Shown here in pieces: positions 50,106 through 63,840 of a stretch of 64,000 nt of DNA; the stretch's first letter is position 1; each line of letters starts with the position of its first letter. Below the pieces are notes generated by a model. It saw nothing but the letters and a program-made list of their open reading frames with translations. It was not told the DNA's origin and ran no database searches. The stretch is from Candidatus Multivorans sp. (GTDB taxonomy: Bacteria; Acidobacteriota; Thermoanaerobaculia; Multivoradales; Multivoraceae): assembly GCA_965247095.1 (NCBI GenBank), contig OZ251997.1, positions 3,584,001 to 3,648,000 on the forward strand. Reading direction: 5' to 3'. The position numbers and the translations under genes were made by a program.

Positions 50106-51656
50106 CTACGGCATGTACGGCGTCGGACTGGGTCCGAGCTGGGTTTCGAGAACCGCCTGGGCGACGTCGATGAACTCGCAGACCATCGGTCGGGTCTCGC
50201 GGGGATCGATGATCTCTTCGATGTTGAACGCCTCGGCGGTGCGAAACGGCGACGCCAGGGCCTGGAGGCGGTCCTCAATCTCCTTCTGCTTGGCCGCGGG
50301 GTCATCGGACTCCCGGATGATGCGCCGATAGGCGGCGGTCACGCCGCCTGAGATGTGCATGGACCCCCAGTGGCCGGACGGCCACGCCACGCGCTTGAAC
50401 ATGCCGCTCGGGCGATCGTGGCACTGGCCGGCGACGCCGTAGAGCTGCCGGATGATGATGGTGAGCCACGGCATGCGGGTTCGGAGCGTCGCGCAGAGCA
50501 TCTTGGCGCCGGCGCGGACGATCCCCTGGCGCTGTTGCTCGGGGCCGACCATGAATCCGGGCTCGTCGCCGAAATAGACCATCGGTAGATGAAAGGTGTC
50601 GCACAACTGCAGGAAGCGAATCACCTTGGTGCCGGCGGCCACGTTCATCGAGCCTCCGAGATGGGCCGGGTTGTTGATCATCGTGCCCACGGGATAGCCG
50701 TTGACTCGGGCGAGTCCGACGATTCGAGAGCGTCCGTAGTACGGCGTGATCTCGAAGAACGAGTTGCGGTCGAGAACCGCGTCGAGGATCTCTCTCGGGT
50801 CGTAGGCCTTGTTCTTCTCGCGCGGGATGGCGGACAGGAGCGACGGCTCACCGCGCCCCGCGTCGTCGTGGGTGTCGCCGCGCGGCGCCATCTGCCAGAC
50901 GCTGTCCGGCAGATAGCTCAGGAACCGCTTGAGCTGTGCTGCGGCCTCCTCCTCGGAGTCGGCGAGATTGTCGATGACACCGCTCCCGTACACCTGGGTG
51001 CGCTCGTCGCCGAGATCTTCCTTCGTGATGTCGATGCCGAGTGCGGCCTTGACGACCGGAGGCCCACCCGCGAACACCTGGCTCGTGCCCTTGACCATGA
51101 CGTTGAAGTGGGCGAGGCACGACTCGACCGCCGGCAGTCCGGCCACCGAGCCGAGCACGGCGGCGACGACCGGCACGGCGCAGAGCAGGTCCTCGACGCC
51201 AGGGGTAGCGGGGTTCTGCGGGATGTAGGTGCGTCCGATCTTCTCGAAGGTCTTGACGCTGCCGCCGGTGGAGTCGAGGAGCCGGACGTACGGCAGACGC
51301 CAGCCGAGCGCCATCTTCTGGGCGTGACCGCTCTTGTCGCCGATCGACGCGTCGGCGGCGCCGCCGCGCACGGTGAAGTCGCCGCCGTTCAGAACCGCGC
51401 GGCGGCCGTTCAGGCGGGCGAGCCCGATGACCCTGTTCGAGGGTCTCACGTCCTGGAGCTCGTTGCCGTCGTAGGTGGCCACTCCGGCGAGCTCGCCGAT
51501 CTCCTGGAACGAGCCCTCGTCGGCGAACAGCTCGAGACGCTCCCGGATCGTCAGCTTTCCGCGACGGTGCTGCTCCGCGATGCCGGCCTCGCCGCCCATC
51601 TGATGGGCGAATTCGCGGCGCCGCTTCAGCTCCTCTATCTCGCGCTCCCAGACCAT
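50106..51656 (-). CDS. Acyl-CoA carboxylase carboxyltransferase (beta) subunit
   Basis: DFTVRGGA, GGPPVVKAA, DEPGFMVG, IIDPRETR. Confidence 0.92.
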   Translation of the reverse strand: MVWEREIEELKRRREFAHQMGGEAGIAEQHRRGKLTIRERLELFADEGSFQEIGELAGVATYDGNELQDVRPSNRVIGLARLNGRRAVLNGGDFTVRGGAADASIGDKSGHAQKMALGWRLPYVRLLDSTGGSVKTFEKIGRTYIPQNPATPGVEDLLCAVPVVAAVLGSVAGLPAVESCLAHFNVMVKGTSQVFAGGPPVVKAALGIDITKEDLGDERTQVYGSGVIDNLADSEEEAAAQLKRFLSYLPDSVWQMAPRGDTHDDAGRGEPSLLSAIPREKNKAYDPREILDAVLDRNSFFEITPYYGRSRIVGLARVNGYPVGTMINNPAHLGGSMNVAAGTKVIRFLQLCDTFHLPMVYFGDEPGFMVGPEQQRQGIVRAGAKMLCATLRTRMPWLTIIIRQLYGVAGQCHDRPSGMFKRVAWPSGHWGSMHISGGVTAAYRRIIRESDDPAAKQKEIEDRLQALASPFRTAEAFNIEEIIDPRETRPMVCEFIDVAQAVLETQLGPSPTPYMP

Positions 51657-51826
51657 GATTCCTCCCCAGGGCCGATGGCTACGCGCCCAGCGCGGCCACT
51701 CCGCGATTTGCCTCGAGGCAGGGAGCCGAGCCGTATGCGGTGGCAAGAGTACCCCGGCAGAATCCTCGTGCGACAGAATGCTCTGCGGGAACGGGCTGTT
51801 CGTGTCGACCACCTGCGCCCGGCCCG

Positions 51827-53266
51827 ATGCCGATGCACGACGAGCCGATCCACTACATGAGCTTGCGCGATGTCGCACGCCTGATCGAAGCCCGCGAGCT
51901 TTCGCCGGTCAGCCTGACCGAGACGATGCTCGATCGGATCGCCGCCGTCGACGGACGGCTCAAGAGCTACGCGACCGTCATGGCCGACGACGCGCTGGCC
52001 GCGGCGCGTGTGGCCGAGTCGGAGATTGAGGGCGGGCGCTACCGCGGGCCGCTGCACGGCGTCCCGGTCGCCGTCAAGGACCTCTGCTACACGCGGGGCG
52101 TGCGCACCACGGGTGCGCTCTCGGTCCTGTCCGACTTCGTCCCCGAGTACGACGCCACCGTGGTCGCGAGGCTGGCAGGCGCCGGCGCCGTTCTCCTCGG
52201 CAAGCTGAACCTGACCGAAGGCGCGATGGGCGCCTACCACCCGGACTTCGACATCCCGGTCAACCCCTGGGACGAGGGCCTGTGGACGGGCGTTTCGTCG
52301 AGTGGCTCAGGCGTGGCCACGGCGGCCGGCCTCTGTTTTGGCTCTCTCGGCTCGGACACCGGCGGATCGATCCGGTTTCCATCGGCCCAGTGCGGCCTCG
52401 TCGGTATCAAACCAACCTGGGGCCGGGTCAGCCGCTACGGCGTGCTCGAACTCGCGGGCTCGCTCGACCACATCGGGCCGATGACGCGGAGCGTCGCCGA
52501 TGCCGCGATCATGCTCGAGGCGATCGCCGGCGTCGATGCGAACGACCCGACGACGCTCGAGGCACCGTTGCCCCCCATTCTGCAGACGCTCGATGGCAAC
52601 GTGGCCGGGGCGCGGCTCGGGTTCGATAGGCGGTACGCCGCGGAAGGCGTCGACCCCGCGGTCGCCGCCGCCGCCCTCGAGGCACTGCGGATCCTGGCCG
52701 GCCTGGGCGCCGAGGTGGTCGACGTCGAGATGCCGGCGGCGCCGTTCAACGACTGGTGGACCATCTGCTCCTATGAGGCCGTCCGGGCCCATGCCGCGAC
52801 GTACCCCAGCCGCGCTGCGGACTACGGGCCGTACTTCGGAGAGTTCCTGGAACACGGGTCGCAGGTGAGCGACGACGCGCACGCGGCGGCGACCAGGCGC
52901 CGTGCGGCGTTCACGGAGCGATTCGAGGCGATGCTGACCACCGTCGACGCGTTTGTCTGCCCGTCCAACGTCACCGCGCTACCGGTGACGGACGCCATGC
53001 GATACGACACGATCGCGGCATACAGGCAGGCAGTCGCAGAGGTTGCCGAGAGCTTCGATCCGCCACTGGGCAGCATGCAGCTCTTCACCGTGCCCGCTGA
53101 CTTCGCCGGCACGCCGACGATCTCTGTGCCGTGCGGCTTCTCGCCGGCGGGAGCGCCCCACAGCCTGCAACTCGTTGGCCGCGACCTGAGCGAGCCGACG
53201 CTCTGCCGCCTCGCCCACGCCTACGAGCAGGCCACCGACTGGCGCCTGCGCCATCCGGGCGTCTGA
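51827..53266 (+). CDS. Amidase-signature family amidase
   Basis: GVPVAVKD, GVSSSGS, GSDTGGSIRFP. Confidence 0.93.
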   Translation: MPMHDEPIHYMSLRDVARLIEARELSPVSLTETMLDRIAAVDGRLKSYATVMADDALAAARVAESEIEGGRYRGPLHGVPVAVKDLCYTRGVRTTGALSVLSDFVPEYDATVVARLAGAGAVLLGKLNLTEGAMGAYHPDFDIPVNPWDEGLWTGVSSSGSGVATAAGLCFGSLGSDTGGSIRFPSAQCGLVGIKPTWGRVSRYGVLELAGSLDHIGPMTRSVADAAIMLEAIAGVDANDPTTLEAPLPPILQTLDGNVAGARLGFDRRYAAEGVDPAVAAAALEALRILAGLGAEVVDVEMPAAPFNDWWTICSYEAVRAHAATYPSRAADYGPYFGEFLEHGSQVSDDAHAAATRRRAAFTERFEAMLTTVDAFVCPSNVTALPVTDAMRYDTIAAYRQAVAEVAESFDPPLGSMQLFTVPADFAGTPTISVPCGFSPAGAPHSLQLVGRDLSEPTLCRLAHAYEQATDWRLRHPGV

Positions 53267-53315
53267 GTCCGCGCCGCGGATTCACTACGTTGCGTTCTGC
53301 GGCGCAAGCTCCTAG
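53267..53315. repeat. Palindromic module B ending in CTAG
   Basis: gcgccgcggattcactacgttgcgttctgcggcgcaagctcctag, compare 4481-4531. Confidence 0.8.
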
Positions 53316-53370
53316 ACTGCCGGGCCGGCCGGCGCTGCTGGGCCGCACTACGACCACGTCGACGGAGCAG

Positions 53371-55095
53371 ATGATGACCGAGCCGCAGGTGGCGCGGCGC
53401 AGCGGCTCGCCGCAGCCGCTGATCGCCGTCCCGGAACGCCTGAACGAACTGCGGGAGGGGTCTCGCGAGTGGCCCTCCTGGACGCTGACGCCGCGCCAGA
53501 TCTGCGATCTGGAGCTGCTTCTCTGCGGCGGGTTCGCGCCGCTCGACGGGTTCATGAACCGGGCCGCGTTCGACAGCGTCTGCGAGGCGATGCGCCTGCC
53601 CTCCGGCGCGCTGTGGCCGATCCCGATCACCCTCGACATGACGCCGGAAGCGGCCGGCGGATTGGAGGTGGGCGCCCCCCTGGTCCTGCGCGACCCGGAA
53701 GGGCTGATGCTGGCGGTGCTCACGGTGGAGGACGTCTGGGAACACGACCGGAAGAAGGAGGCCGAGCTGGTTTACGGCACGCTCGACCAGGCTCATCCCG
53801 GTGTAGGCCATCTCTACCAGCGGACGAACACCGTGTCCGTGGGGGGCAAGATCGAGGGAGTCCAACTGCCGCGGCACTACGACTTCCCCGGATTGCGGAA
53901 GACGCCCGAGCAGTTGCGGCGTCGCTTTGCGCAACTCGGATGGAAGACGGCGGTGGCTTTCCAGACCCGCAACCCCATGCACCGGGCGCACTTCGAGCTG
54001 ACCCTGCGGGCGGCCCGGGAGCTCGAGGCGAACCTGCTGATTCACCCGGTCGTCGGCATGACGAAGCCGGGCGACCTGGATCACTACACGCGCGTCCGCT
54101 GCTACCGCAAGGTCCTGAACCACTATCCGCGCCACACCGCGGAGCTAGCGCTGCTGCCTCTCGCCATGCGCATGGCGGGACCGCGCGAGGCGCTCTGGCA
54201 TGCCCTGATCCGCAGGAACTACGGCTGTACCCACCTGATCGTCGGCCGCGACCACGCGGGCCCTGGCGTGGACTCAAAGGGCCGGCCCTTCTACGGCCCC
54301 TACGACGCGCAGGAACTGATGGTCGAGCACGAGGCCGAGCTCGGCGTGAAGATGGTCCCCTTCCGGATGATGGTCTACGTCGAGGATCGCGACTCCTACG
54401 AGCCGGTGGACGCCGTGCAGGAGGGCGAACGGACGCTGTCGATCTCGGGCAGCGACCTCCGCCGCCGGCTGCGCCGGGGCCTTCCGATCCCGGAGTGGTT
54501 CACCTTTCCGGAAGTGGCCGGCGAGCTGCGCCGCAGTCACCCGGCGCGCAGCAACCAGGGCGTCACGGTGTTCTTCACCGGCCTTTCCGGCGCCGGCAAG
54601 TCGACGATCGCGAACGTCCTCTTGGTCAAGTTCCTTGAAACCGGCGGCCGTCCGGTGACGATGCTCGACGGCGACATCGTCCGCACCAACCTGTCCTCCG
54701 AACTCGGGTTCTCCCGGGAGCATCGCGACATCAACATCCGGCGCATCGGGTTCGTCGCCTCCGAGATCACGAAGAACGGCGGCGTGGCGATCTGCGCTCC
54801 GATCGCTCCGTACGAGAGCGTCCGCCAGGACGTGCGGGAGATAATCGAGGATGTCGGCGGCTTCATCCTGGTCCACGTGGCGACGCCGCTCGACGTGTGC
54901 GAGGAACGCGACGTCAAGGGGCTCTACGCCAAGGCCAGGGCGGGATTGATCGACGCCTTCACCGGCATATCGGATCCCTATGAGGTGCCGGAAGACCCGG
55001 ACCTGGTCATCGACACGACGGACATCACGGCCGAGGAGGCCGCACAGCAGGTCATGCTCCACCTGGAGAAGGAGGGGTTCGTCGGACCACGTTAG
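53371..55095 (+). CDS. sat-cysC: Bifunctional sulfate adenylyltransferase/APS kinase
   Basis: FQTRNPMHRAH, GRDHAG, TGLSGAGKST, KGLYAKAR. Confidence 0.95.
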   Translation: MMTEPQVARRSGSPQPLIAVPERLNELREGSREWPSWTLTPRQICDLELLLCGGFAPLDGFMNRAAFDSVCEAMRLPSGALWPIPITLDMTPEAAGGLEVGAPLVLRDPEGLMLAVLTVEDVWEHDRKKEAELVYGTLDQAHPGVGHLYQRTNTVSVGGKIEGVQLPRHYDFPGLRKTPEQLRRRFAQLGWKTAVAFQTRNPMHRAHFELTLRAARELEANLLIHPVVGMTKPGDLDHYTRVRCYRKVLNHYPRHTAELALLPLAMRMAGPREALWHALIRRNYGCTHLIVGRDHAGPGVDSKGRPFYGPYDAQELMVEHEAELGVKMVPFRMMVYVEDRDSYEPVDAVQEGERTLSISGSDLRRRLRRGLPIPEWFTFPEVAGELRRSHPARSNQGVTVFFTGLSGAGKSTIANVLLVKFLETGGRPVTMLDGDIVRTNLSSELGFSREHRDINIRRIGFVASEITKNGGVAICAPIAPYESVRQDVREIIEDVGGFILVHVATPLDVCEERDVKGLYAKARAGLIDAFTGISDPYEVPEDPDLVIDTTDITAEEAAQQVMLHLEKEGFVGPR

Positions 55096-55257
55096 CAGCC
55101 CGTGGTAGAAGTCCGTGTCGCACCGAGAGCGGTCAGGCGCCCGTCCAGCAAGGCGCGACGAGGGAGCATATCGGGCCATATTCGACTGAGGAGCAACGAT
55201 GCGGGGCGGGATGCATGGGCGCTCGAATGCAGCGCGACTTCTGCCACGGGCTGCTAG
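55092..55257. mobile_element. MITE-like element with about 22-bp TIRs and YTAG ends
   Basis: ttagcagcccgtggtagaagtc ... gacttctgccacgggctgctag. Confidence 0.8.
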
Positions 55258-55714
55258 CAAGTCCTCCCCGCGGCGCTTCGCGCTCAATTGGCGATGGCTA
55301 TCGGTTGGCGTCGCCGGCGCCGTGGCGTTGTTCCTGCTCCTGCCGGCGCCCGCGTTCGCCGGCGCCTTCGAGCGTGCCCTGCGGTGGCTCGCGGGTCTGC
55401 TTGGGGGCGATGCGCGCCGGATGGCGGCCGAGCTGCCCTTGGACCAGATCGTCCATGGGTTTCTGTTCGCCCTGCTGGCCTGGGTCTGGTGCCGGCCGCC
55501 GGCGCGCGCCGGCCGCGTCCGCGGCGTGGTTCTCGCGTCGGTGGCGGCGGTGGTCTACGGCGGCGCCATCGAGATCTGCCAGATGCTGCTCGGCTACCGG
55601 TCGGGCGAGTGGATGGACCTGGTCGCCGATGCGGTCGGTGTCGCGTTCGGCGCACTGCTCGCCTCGCGGTTGCTCCCGCGACGCCGGGACTTCGTCGCGG
55701 CCCGTTCGGGTTGA
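55199..55714 (+). CDS. VanZ-like membrane protein (start uncertain)
   Basis: DQIVHGFLFALL, YGGAIEICQ..RSGEWMDLVADAVG. Confidence 0.8.
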   Translation: MRGGMHGRSNAARLLPRAASKSSPRRFALNWRWLSVGVAGAVALFLLLPAPAFAGAFERALRWLAGLLGGDARRMAAELPLDQIVHGFLFALLAWVWCRPPARAGRVRGVVLASVAAVVYGGAIEICQMLLGYRSGEWMDLVADAVGVAFGALLASRLLPRRRDFVAARSG

Positions 55715-55764
55715 CGCTGTTAGCGTCGCGGACCGGCTGAAAGTACGGCCGGGACAAGCGTGGA

Positions 55765-59286
<3,522 letters not shown>

Positions 59287-59359
59287 AGGGTTGGTCGACC
59301 TGTCGCCAGGCGCTGTTTGCACAGACCAGACAGCCCTCCGGCCGCGAACGATGTCGACT

Positions 59360-60978
59360 TGTCGGGTTTGCGTCGCGCCGGGCCACGGTTCTGCTCCGGG
59401 GCGTGTTCCTGGTCGCCCTGTTCCTCGGCCCGGGCTCGTCGGCAGAGGCGCAAAGCTGCACGGAACCGGCGTTCTGGGATGCGTTCGACCAGCGTTGCGA
59501 GGTCCAGGTGTGCGCCGAAGGCTTCACGCAACACGCCAACCGCTGCTTCCTGAATGGGACATTTGCGGCCTACGCGGCCAGTTGTCCGGTCGGTTGGGCA
59601 AGTCACGGCAACCCCCTACGGCATCGACCACTACAGCATGCAGTGTGTCGATCCATCGCCCTCTGAACCGCCACCGCCATCGGAGCCGCCACCGCGGATT
59701 GTCATAGCGCGTCCGCCGGTGACGCCAACAAGGGCGACGCTCGTCTCAGCGACTGAAACCGACAGCCCTGGCCGGACCTACTCGTTTACATTGGCGTCCC
59801 GCCACGCCGTCAGCGTTTCGCTAACCGGGATGAACCGGGACATAGACTGTTCCGTGGACGGTTCTGCCTGCTCGAACCGCGGCGGAACAAGCGACGAAGA
59901 CTGGAGCGGAGAGCTGGCCGCTGGGTCGCATAGCGTCCGGGTGTACCCGTACGGTGGAGGAACAGGCAACTACACGATAACCGTTACCGGCAACCCCATT
60001 GTCGACGCGGTGGCGGCGCCGCCGCCACCGCCAACGGTCCGACGCACGCTGGAGACAAGGGTCGGGCTTGTGTTCGCGACCGAAACGGACAGCCCTGGCC
60101 GGACCTACTCGTTCACTTTGGCGTCCCGCCAGACCGTGACCGTTTCGCTGACCGGCATGAACCGGGACATCGACTGTTCGGTCAACGGCTCTCGCTGCTC
60201 GAATCGGGGTGGAACCAGCGACGACGAGTGGAGCCGCGAACTGGCGGCCGGATCGCACAGCGTTCGGGTGTATCCATACCTTGGAGGAACGGGTGACTAC
60301 ACCATCATGGCGGTCGTCAACTGCCCCGCCGGTCACGTTGCTTCTGGCGGTAGCTGCTATCGGTACGTCGTACCGAGTCCTTCCAGTGTGACCGCTGCGT
60401 CCGGGACGGAGGCGCGAACGTGCGACGACAATACGGAACTGGAGGAAGGGCAATCCTGTGTAGAGGGTATCGTCGTCGACGAGGTCGTCAACGTTACGAG
60501 CACGCCTATCCTAATCCGGCGGTTGCCGGGCGGCGGTGGCGGCGGTGGCGGTGGTGGTGGTGGCGGTGGCGGCGGCGGTGGCGGCGAGATTCACTTGCCG
60601 TCATGGGTAACCCAATCGATGCAAACTCAACTGGCAACCGCTGCTACGGATGCAACAGCAAAAGCGACGTCGTGTTCGGTAACGCCGCCGAGCGGCGTGC
60701 CGTACAACGCCTACGCGGCCCTCACGGCCGCGCAGATAGTGTTTGAGGGAGATGGCTGCTCCATTGGCCTTCCTGCTCACGTGGACAGCATACCGGGGAC
60801 GACAATTCATATATGTCCTCGATTCTTCGATCGGTCCGCACACCGAAGATCCCGCGTGATCATGCACGAGGGGTTGCACTTGGCGGGCCTTAATCATGCG
60901 GACTTTCCTCCCTTCGAGGATGGCGATGCCACTGGGATGAACGATGCAATCACAAGCTCCTGTGGTTACTCGCCGTGA
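59360..60978 (+). pseudogene. Frameshifted secreted protein: Cys-rich N-domain, 2 PPC-like domains, Gly19 linker, HEXXH zincin-like C-domain
   Basis: N-part (..AEAQSCTEPAFW..SCPVGW) and C-part (VTATPY..CVDPSP) are in different frames but contiguous in paralog 62540; IHICPRFF and MHEGLHLAG; start approximate. Confidence 0.7.
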
Positions 60979-61061
60979 AGAGCGAACGGCCGGGGAGTGC
61001 GACGTCAGAGAGTAGACCCACGGGATGACGCAAGTCAGATTCCCGTAGCAAAGGAGAAACG

Positions 61062-62474
61062 ATGACCAGGAATCGCAAGGCGAGGGCCCCATTTGCTGTT
61101 CCACAAGCCGGTTCAGGGCGAACCCGGTGCAAGAGCAGGGTACCCCTGCTCATCGGAGTGCTTGTGGTCCTGAGCGGGCCGGGGCATGTTGCGCGCGCGA
61201 TACAGGTGCAGCCTGTCAGGTGGGAGATCAGCCCGGCAGGCTCAGTGACCACCAGGGCCTCGGGTGTTTCTCGCTCGGAGGCCCAGGAATACCTGGAGCG
61301 TCTTGGTTTGACCGCTGGGGCTGTCGCCGATCCAGAAGTGAGCGTCTACGGGAGCGATGCCTTTCACGGCGTGCAGGAGGCGAAGGCCGACTGGGTCGTG
61401 CACCGGCTCGAACTCAATGGCAAGTTCGCATCCCGTGGATCGACAGAGGTTCTTGGTCAAGGCATGACGGTGACGTCCGTCATCGGCCCCGACGGCCTTC
61501 TGATTACGGATGATCGGGGCGGGTATCGGATCGAAGCACGTCGAAAGTTCCCGCTCGCCACATGCGATCGTGGGATTGATGCGGTTGCCGACTGCGACGA
61601 GGTGGTGAGCTTCGATATGGCCAGGGACGGCCGCGGCAGGATCGTCGAGTTCGTCAGAGACAGCCAGGGCGTTCCAAGCGGAGTACGGTTCGGTGAGACC
61701 TTGCTGCTTCGCTACAGGTTCACGCCACCGTTGCCCGAGCCGCCCCCGGAAGTTTGGCAAGGTGACCCTTGGCGGGAGCCGTCTTCGTGGGACTTGATCG
61801 ACGTTCGGACGTCGGAGATGGTGATCGATTCTGCCGATGCCGCCAAGGTGGCCTCTGCGGTTCCGGTCTTTTCGGTGGTCCTCAAAGGCATCGGCGAAGT
61901 GGTTCGCTTTGAAGGTGGAAGGCCGTTTGCCGTCGCGCAAGGTTCGGGGTTGTGGACTTACGCCCTCTTGTCTCTCGAGACGACTTCGGACGTCTGGCGC
62001 AGCGTTCATGCATGGGGCGATATGAGCCGGAAGTACTGGTTTCGTGTGGACTACACGGATGAACTCGTGCGAGTCGAGATCAAGGCCGGGGGAGGCGACC
62101 GAAGCGTTGTCGTGGAGGCGCCGCGCAGCCGCGACAGTGTGGCGCCGGCTTCGTTCGTGCATCCCGGCGCCGATATGTTGACGGACGCCATGCGGTCTGG
62201 AGTTCGGCTGCGGACTACTGAGCCTCTGGAGACCTGGCTGCATAGTACGTTTGAGAAGGAGAGTCTTCCGATCGTGCTGAGTCCGTTCCACCATCGGGGC
62301 ATCGAAGTTGAAAGGAGTGTGGAAACGGAGTCGGGCGTGGTCCGGGAGGCGGCTCGCATGGAGCCTGAGTTTCAGTTCGGCCCGGCCGACGGATGCGAAG
62401 AGCAGGACCAGGGGATCGTATGCTCGGGTGGGGAGAGCGACGTGATCGGTGAGGAGAGCACTTACCCTTGGTGA
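61062..62474 (+). CDS. Hypothetical secreted protein with a YD/Rhs-like segment
   Basis: AAGGAG Shine-Dalgarno; signal-like LLIGVLVVL; ARDGRGRIVEFVRDSQG. Confidence 0.65.
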   Translation: MTRNRKARAPFAVPQAGSGRTRCKSRVPLLIGVLVVLSGPGHVARAIQVQPVRWEISPAGSVTTRASGVSRSEAQEYLERLGLTAGAVADPEVSVYGSDAFHGVQEAKADWVVHRLELNGKFASRGSTEVLGQGMTVTSVIGPDGLLITDDRGGYRIEARRKFPLATCDRGIDAVADCDEVVSFDMARDGRGRIVEFVRDSQGVPSGVRFGETLLLRYRFTPPLPEPPPEVWQGDPWREPSSWDLIDVRTSEMVIDSADAAKVASAVPVFSVVLKGIGEVVRFEGGRPFAVAQGSGLWTYALLSLETTSDVWRSVHAWGDMSRKYWFRVDYTDELVRVEIKAGGGDRSVVVEAPRSRDSVAPASFVHPGADMLTDAMRSGVRLRTTEPLETWLHSTFEKESLPIVLSPFHHRGIEVERSVETESGVVREAARMEPEFQFGPADGCEEQDQGIVCSGGESDVIGEESTYPW

Positions 62475-62539
62475 GGCGACGCACATCGGGCGGAACCGGG
62501 GTGCGAAAGCCAGCTTCGACAACTCTCGGAGGCTAGACC

Positions 62540-63379
62540 ATGCGGGCACCCTCTAGAGGCGCCGCGTCGCCGCTGTCGGCCGCCACGCCGTTCCCTCCTC
62601 TCAATGCCACGTTGTCCGGCCACTTGCCGTGTCGGACAGCGGTCTTGCTCGGAGGCACTCTCTTGGTGGGACTGTTGTTCGCCTTGGGCACGCCGGCACA
62701 GGCGCAGACCTGTACTCCTCCGGCATTCTGGAATGAGTTCAGTTCTGGCGGCGGACGCTGTGAAGTGCGTCTGTGCGCAGAGGGGTTCACGCAGGACAAC
62801 GACCGGTGCATGCTGAACGGGACGTTGGTGGGTTACGCGGCCTCGTGCCCAGTCGGTTGGGGAGTCACCGCCGTCGAAGGCCCCTGGCTGTACACCATGC
62901 GGTGCGTCGATCCCTCGCCTGCCGGAAGGCCGCCGGGACGGGCGCGCCGCATCCTGGAGACGCGCGTGGGGCTGGTATTCGCGACCGAAGCGGACAGCCT
63001 TGGACAGACCTACTCGTTCACCTTGGCGTCCCGTCAGACCGTGAGCGTCTCACTGACCGGCATGAACCGGAATTTCGACTGTTCCGTCAACAGTTCTTTC
63101 TGCTCGAATCGCGACGGAACCCGCGACGATTCCTGGACCGGGGAGCTGGCGGCCGGATCGCACAGCATCCGGGTGTCCCCCTCCAGTGGGAGAAGGGGCG
63201 ACTACACCATCATGGCGGTCGTCTACTGTCCGCCCGGTCATTTTGCTTCTGGTGGAAGTTGCTATCGGTACGTCCCGCCGGACCGTCCGGCACCCGATCG
63301 TCCCGACAGGGGAACATCGACTCCTCTTGAGGACGACAGGGTGCCTGGCACGGCGCCCGAGGTCGAGACCCCGCCCTGA
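62540..63379 (+). CDS. Secreted protein with Cys-rich N-domain + one PPC-like domain and no catalytic tail
   Basis: GGAGG Shine-Dalgarno; AQA signal cleavage; paralog of 59360-60370. Confidence 0.75.
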   Translation: MRAPSRGAASPLSAATPFPPLNATLSGHLPCRTAVLLGGTLLVGLLFALGTPAQAQTCTPPAFWNEFSSGGGRCEVRLCAEGFTQDNDRCMLNGTLVGYAASCPVGWGVTAVEGPWLYTMRCVDPSPAGRPPGRARRILETRVGLVFATEADSLGQTYSFTLASRQTVSVSLTGMNRNFDCSVNSSFCSNRDGTRDDSWTGELAAGSHSIRVSPSSGRRGDYTIMAVVYCPPGHFASGGSCYRYVPPDRPAPDRPDRGTSTPLEDDRVPGTAPEVETPP

Positions 63380-63389
63380 GAGAGCCAAG

Positions 63390-63520
63390 ATAGCCGGCCC
63401 GAGCCGCTTTCTTCTTCCGCTTCTCCTGCTTGGCCTGCTGGAGGCACGTACTCGTTCACGTTGACTTCCCGACACCAGTCAGCGTTGCGCTGACCGGCAT
63501 GAACCGGGACTTCGACTCTT
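63390..63520 (+). pseudogene. Decayed third copy (signal-like stretch + PPC fragment)
   Basis: RFLLPLLLLGLL followed by tactcgttcacgttg...ctgaccggcatgaaccgggacttcgact with indels. Confidence 0.6.
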
Positions 63521-63600
63521 CGGTTGGCTAGCCAGCCCGCCTTGGTAGGCGCAACGGCACCAACTTGACAACTTGACAGGTTGGCTGCAAGAGTCGGCAC

Positions 63601-63840
63601 ATGAAAGCGCTTCCGGTAGCCGAGTTGAAGGCCGGGTTTTCCAAGGTCCTCGCCGACGTGCGCCGTGGCGAGCGCATCGGCGTCCTGTACGGGAGGTCGA
63701 AGACGCCGGTCGCCATGATCGTTCCGTACGAGCCGGCGCTTGCAGGCAAGCGCGAACTCGGTTTCCTCGACGGGGAGGTCACGATCGAGTTCACCGATGA
63801 CTTCGAGATGACCGAAGAGGAGTTCCTGGGCGGCGCGTGA
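63601..63840 (+). CDS. Phd/YefM family antitoxin
   Basis: ELKAGFSKVLADVRRGE..PVAMIVP..RELGFL; tandem TTGACA upstream. Confidence 0.88.
   Translation: MKALPVAELKAGFSKVLADVRRGERIGVLYGRSKTPVAMIVPYEPALAGKRELGFLDGEVTIEFTDDFEMTEEEFLGGA

Noticed and set aside
59700-63520. Diversity-generating retroelement TR/VR pair
   Set aside because: No reverse transcriptase; differences between PPC copies are not adenine-specific and many are synonymous
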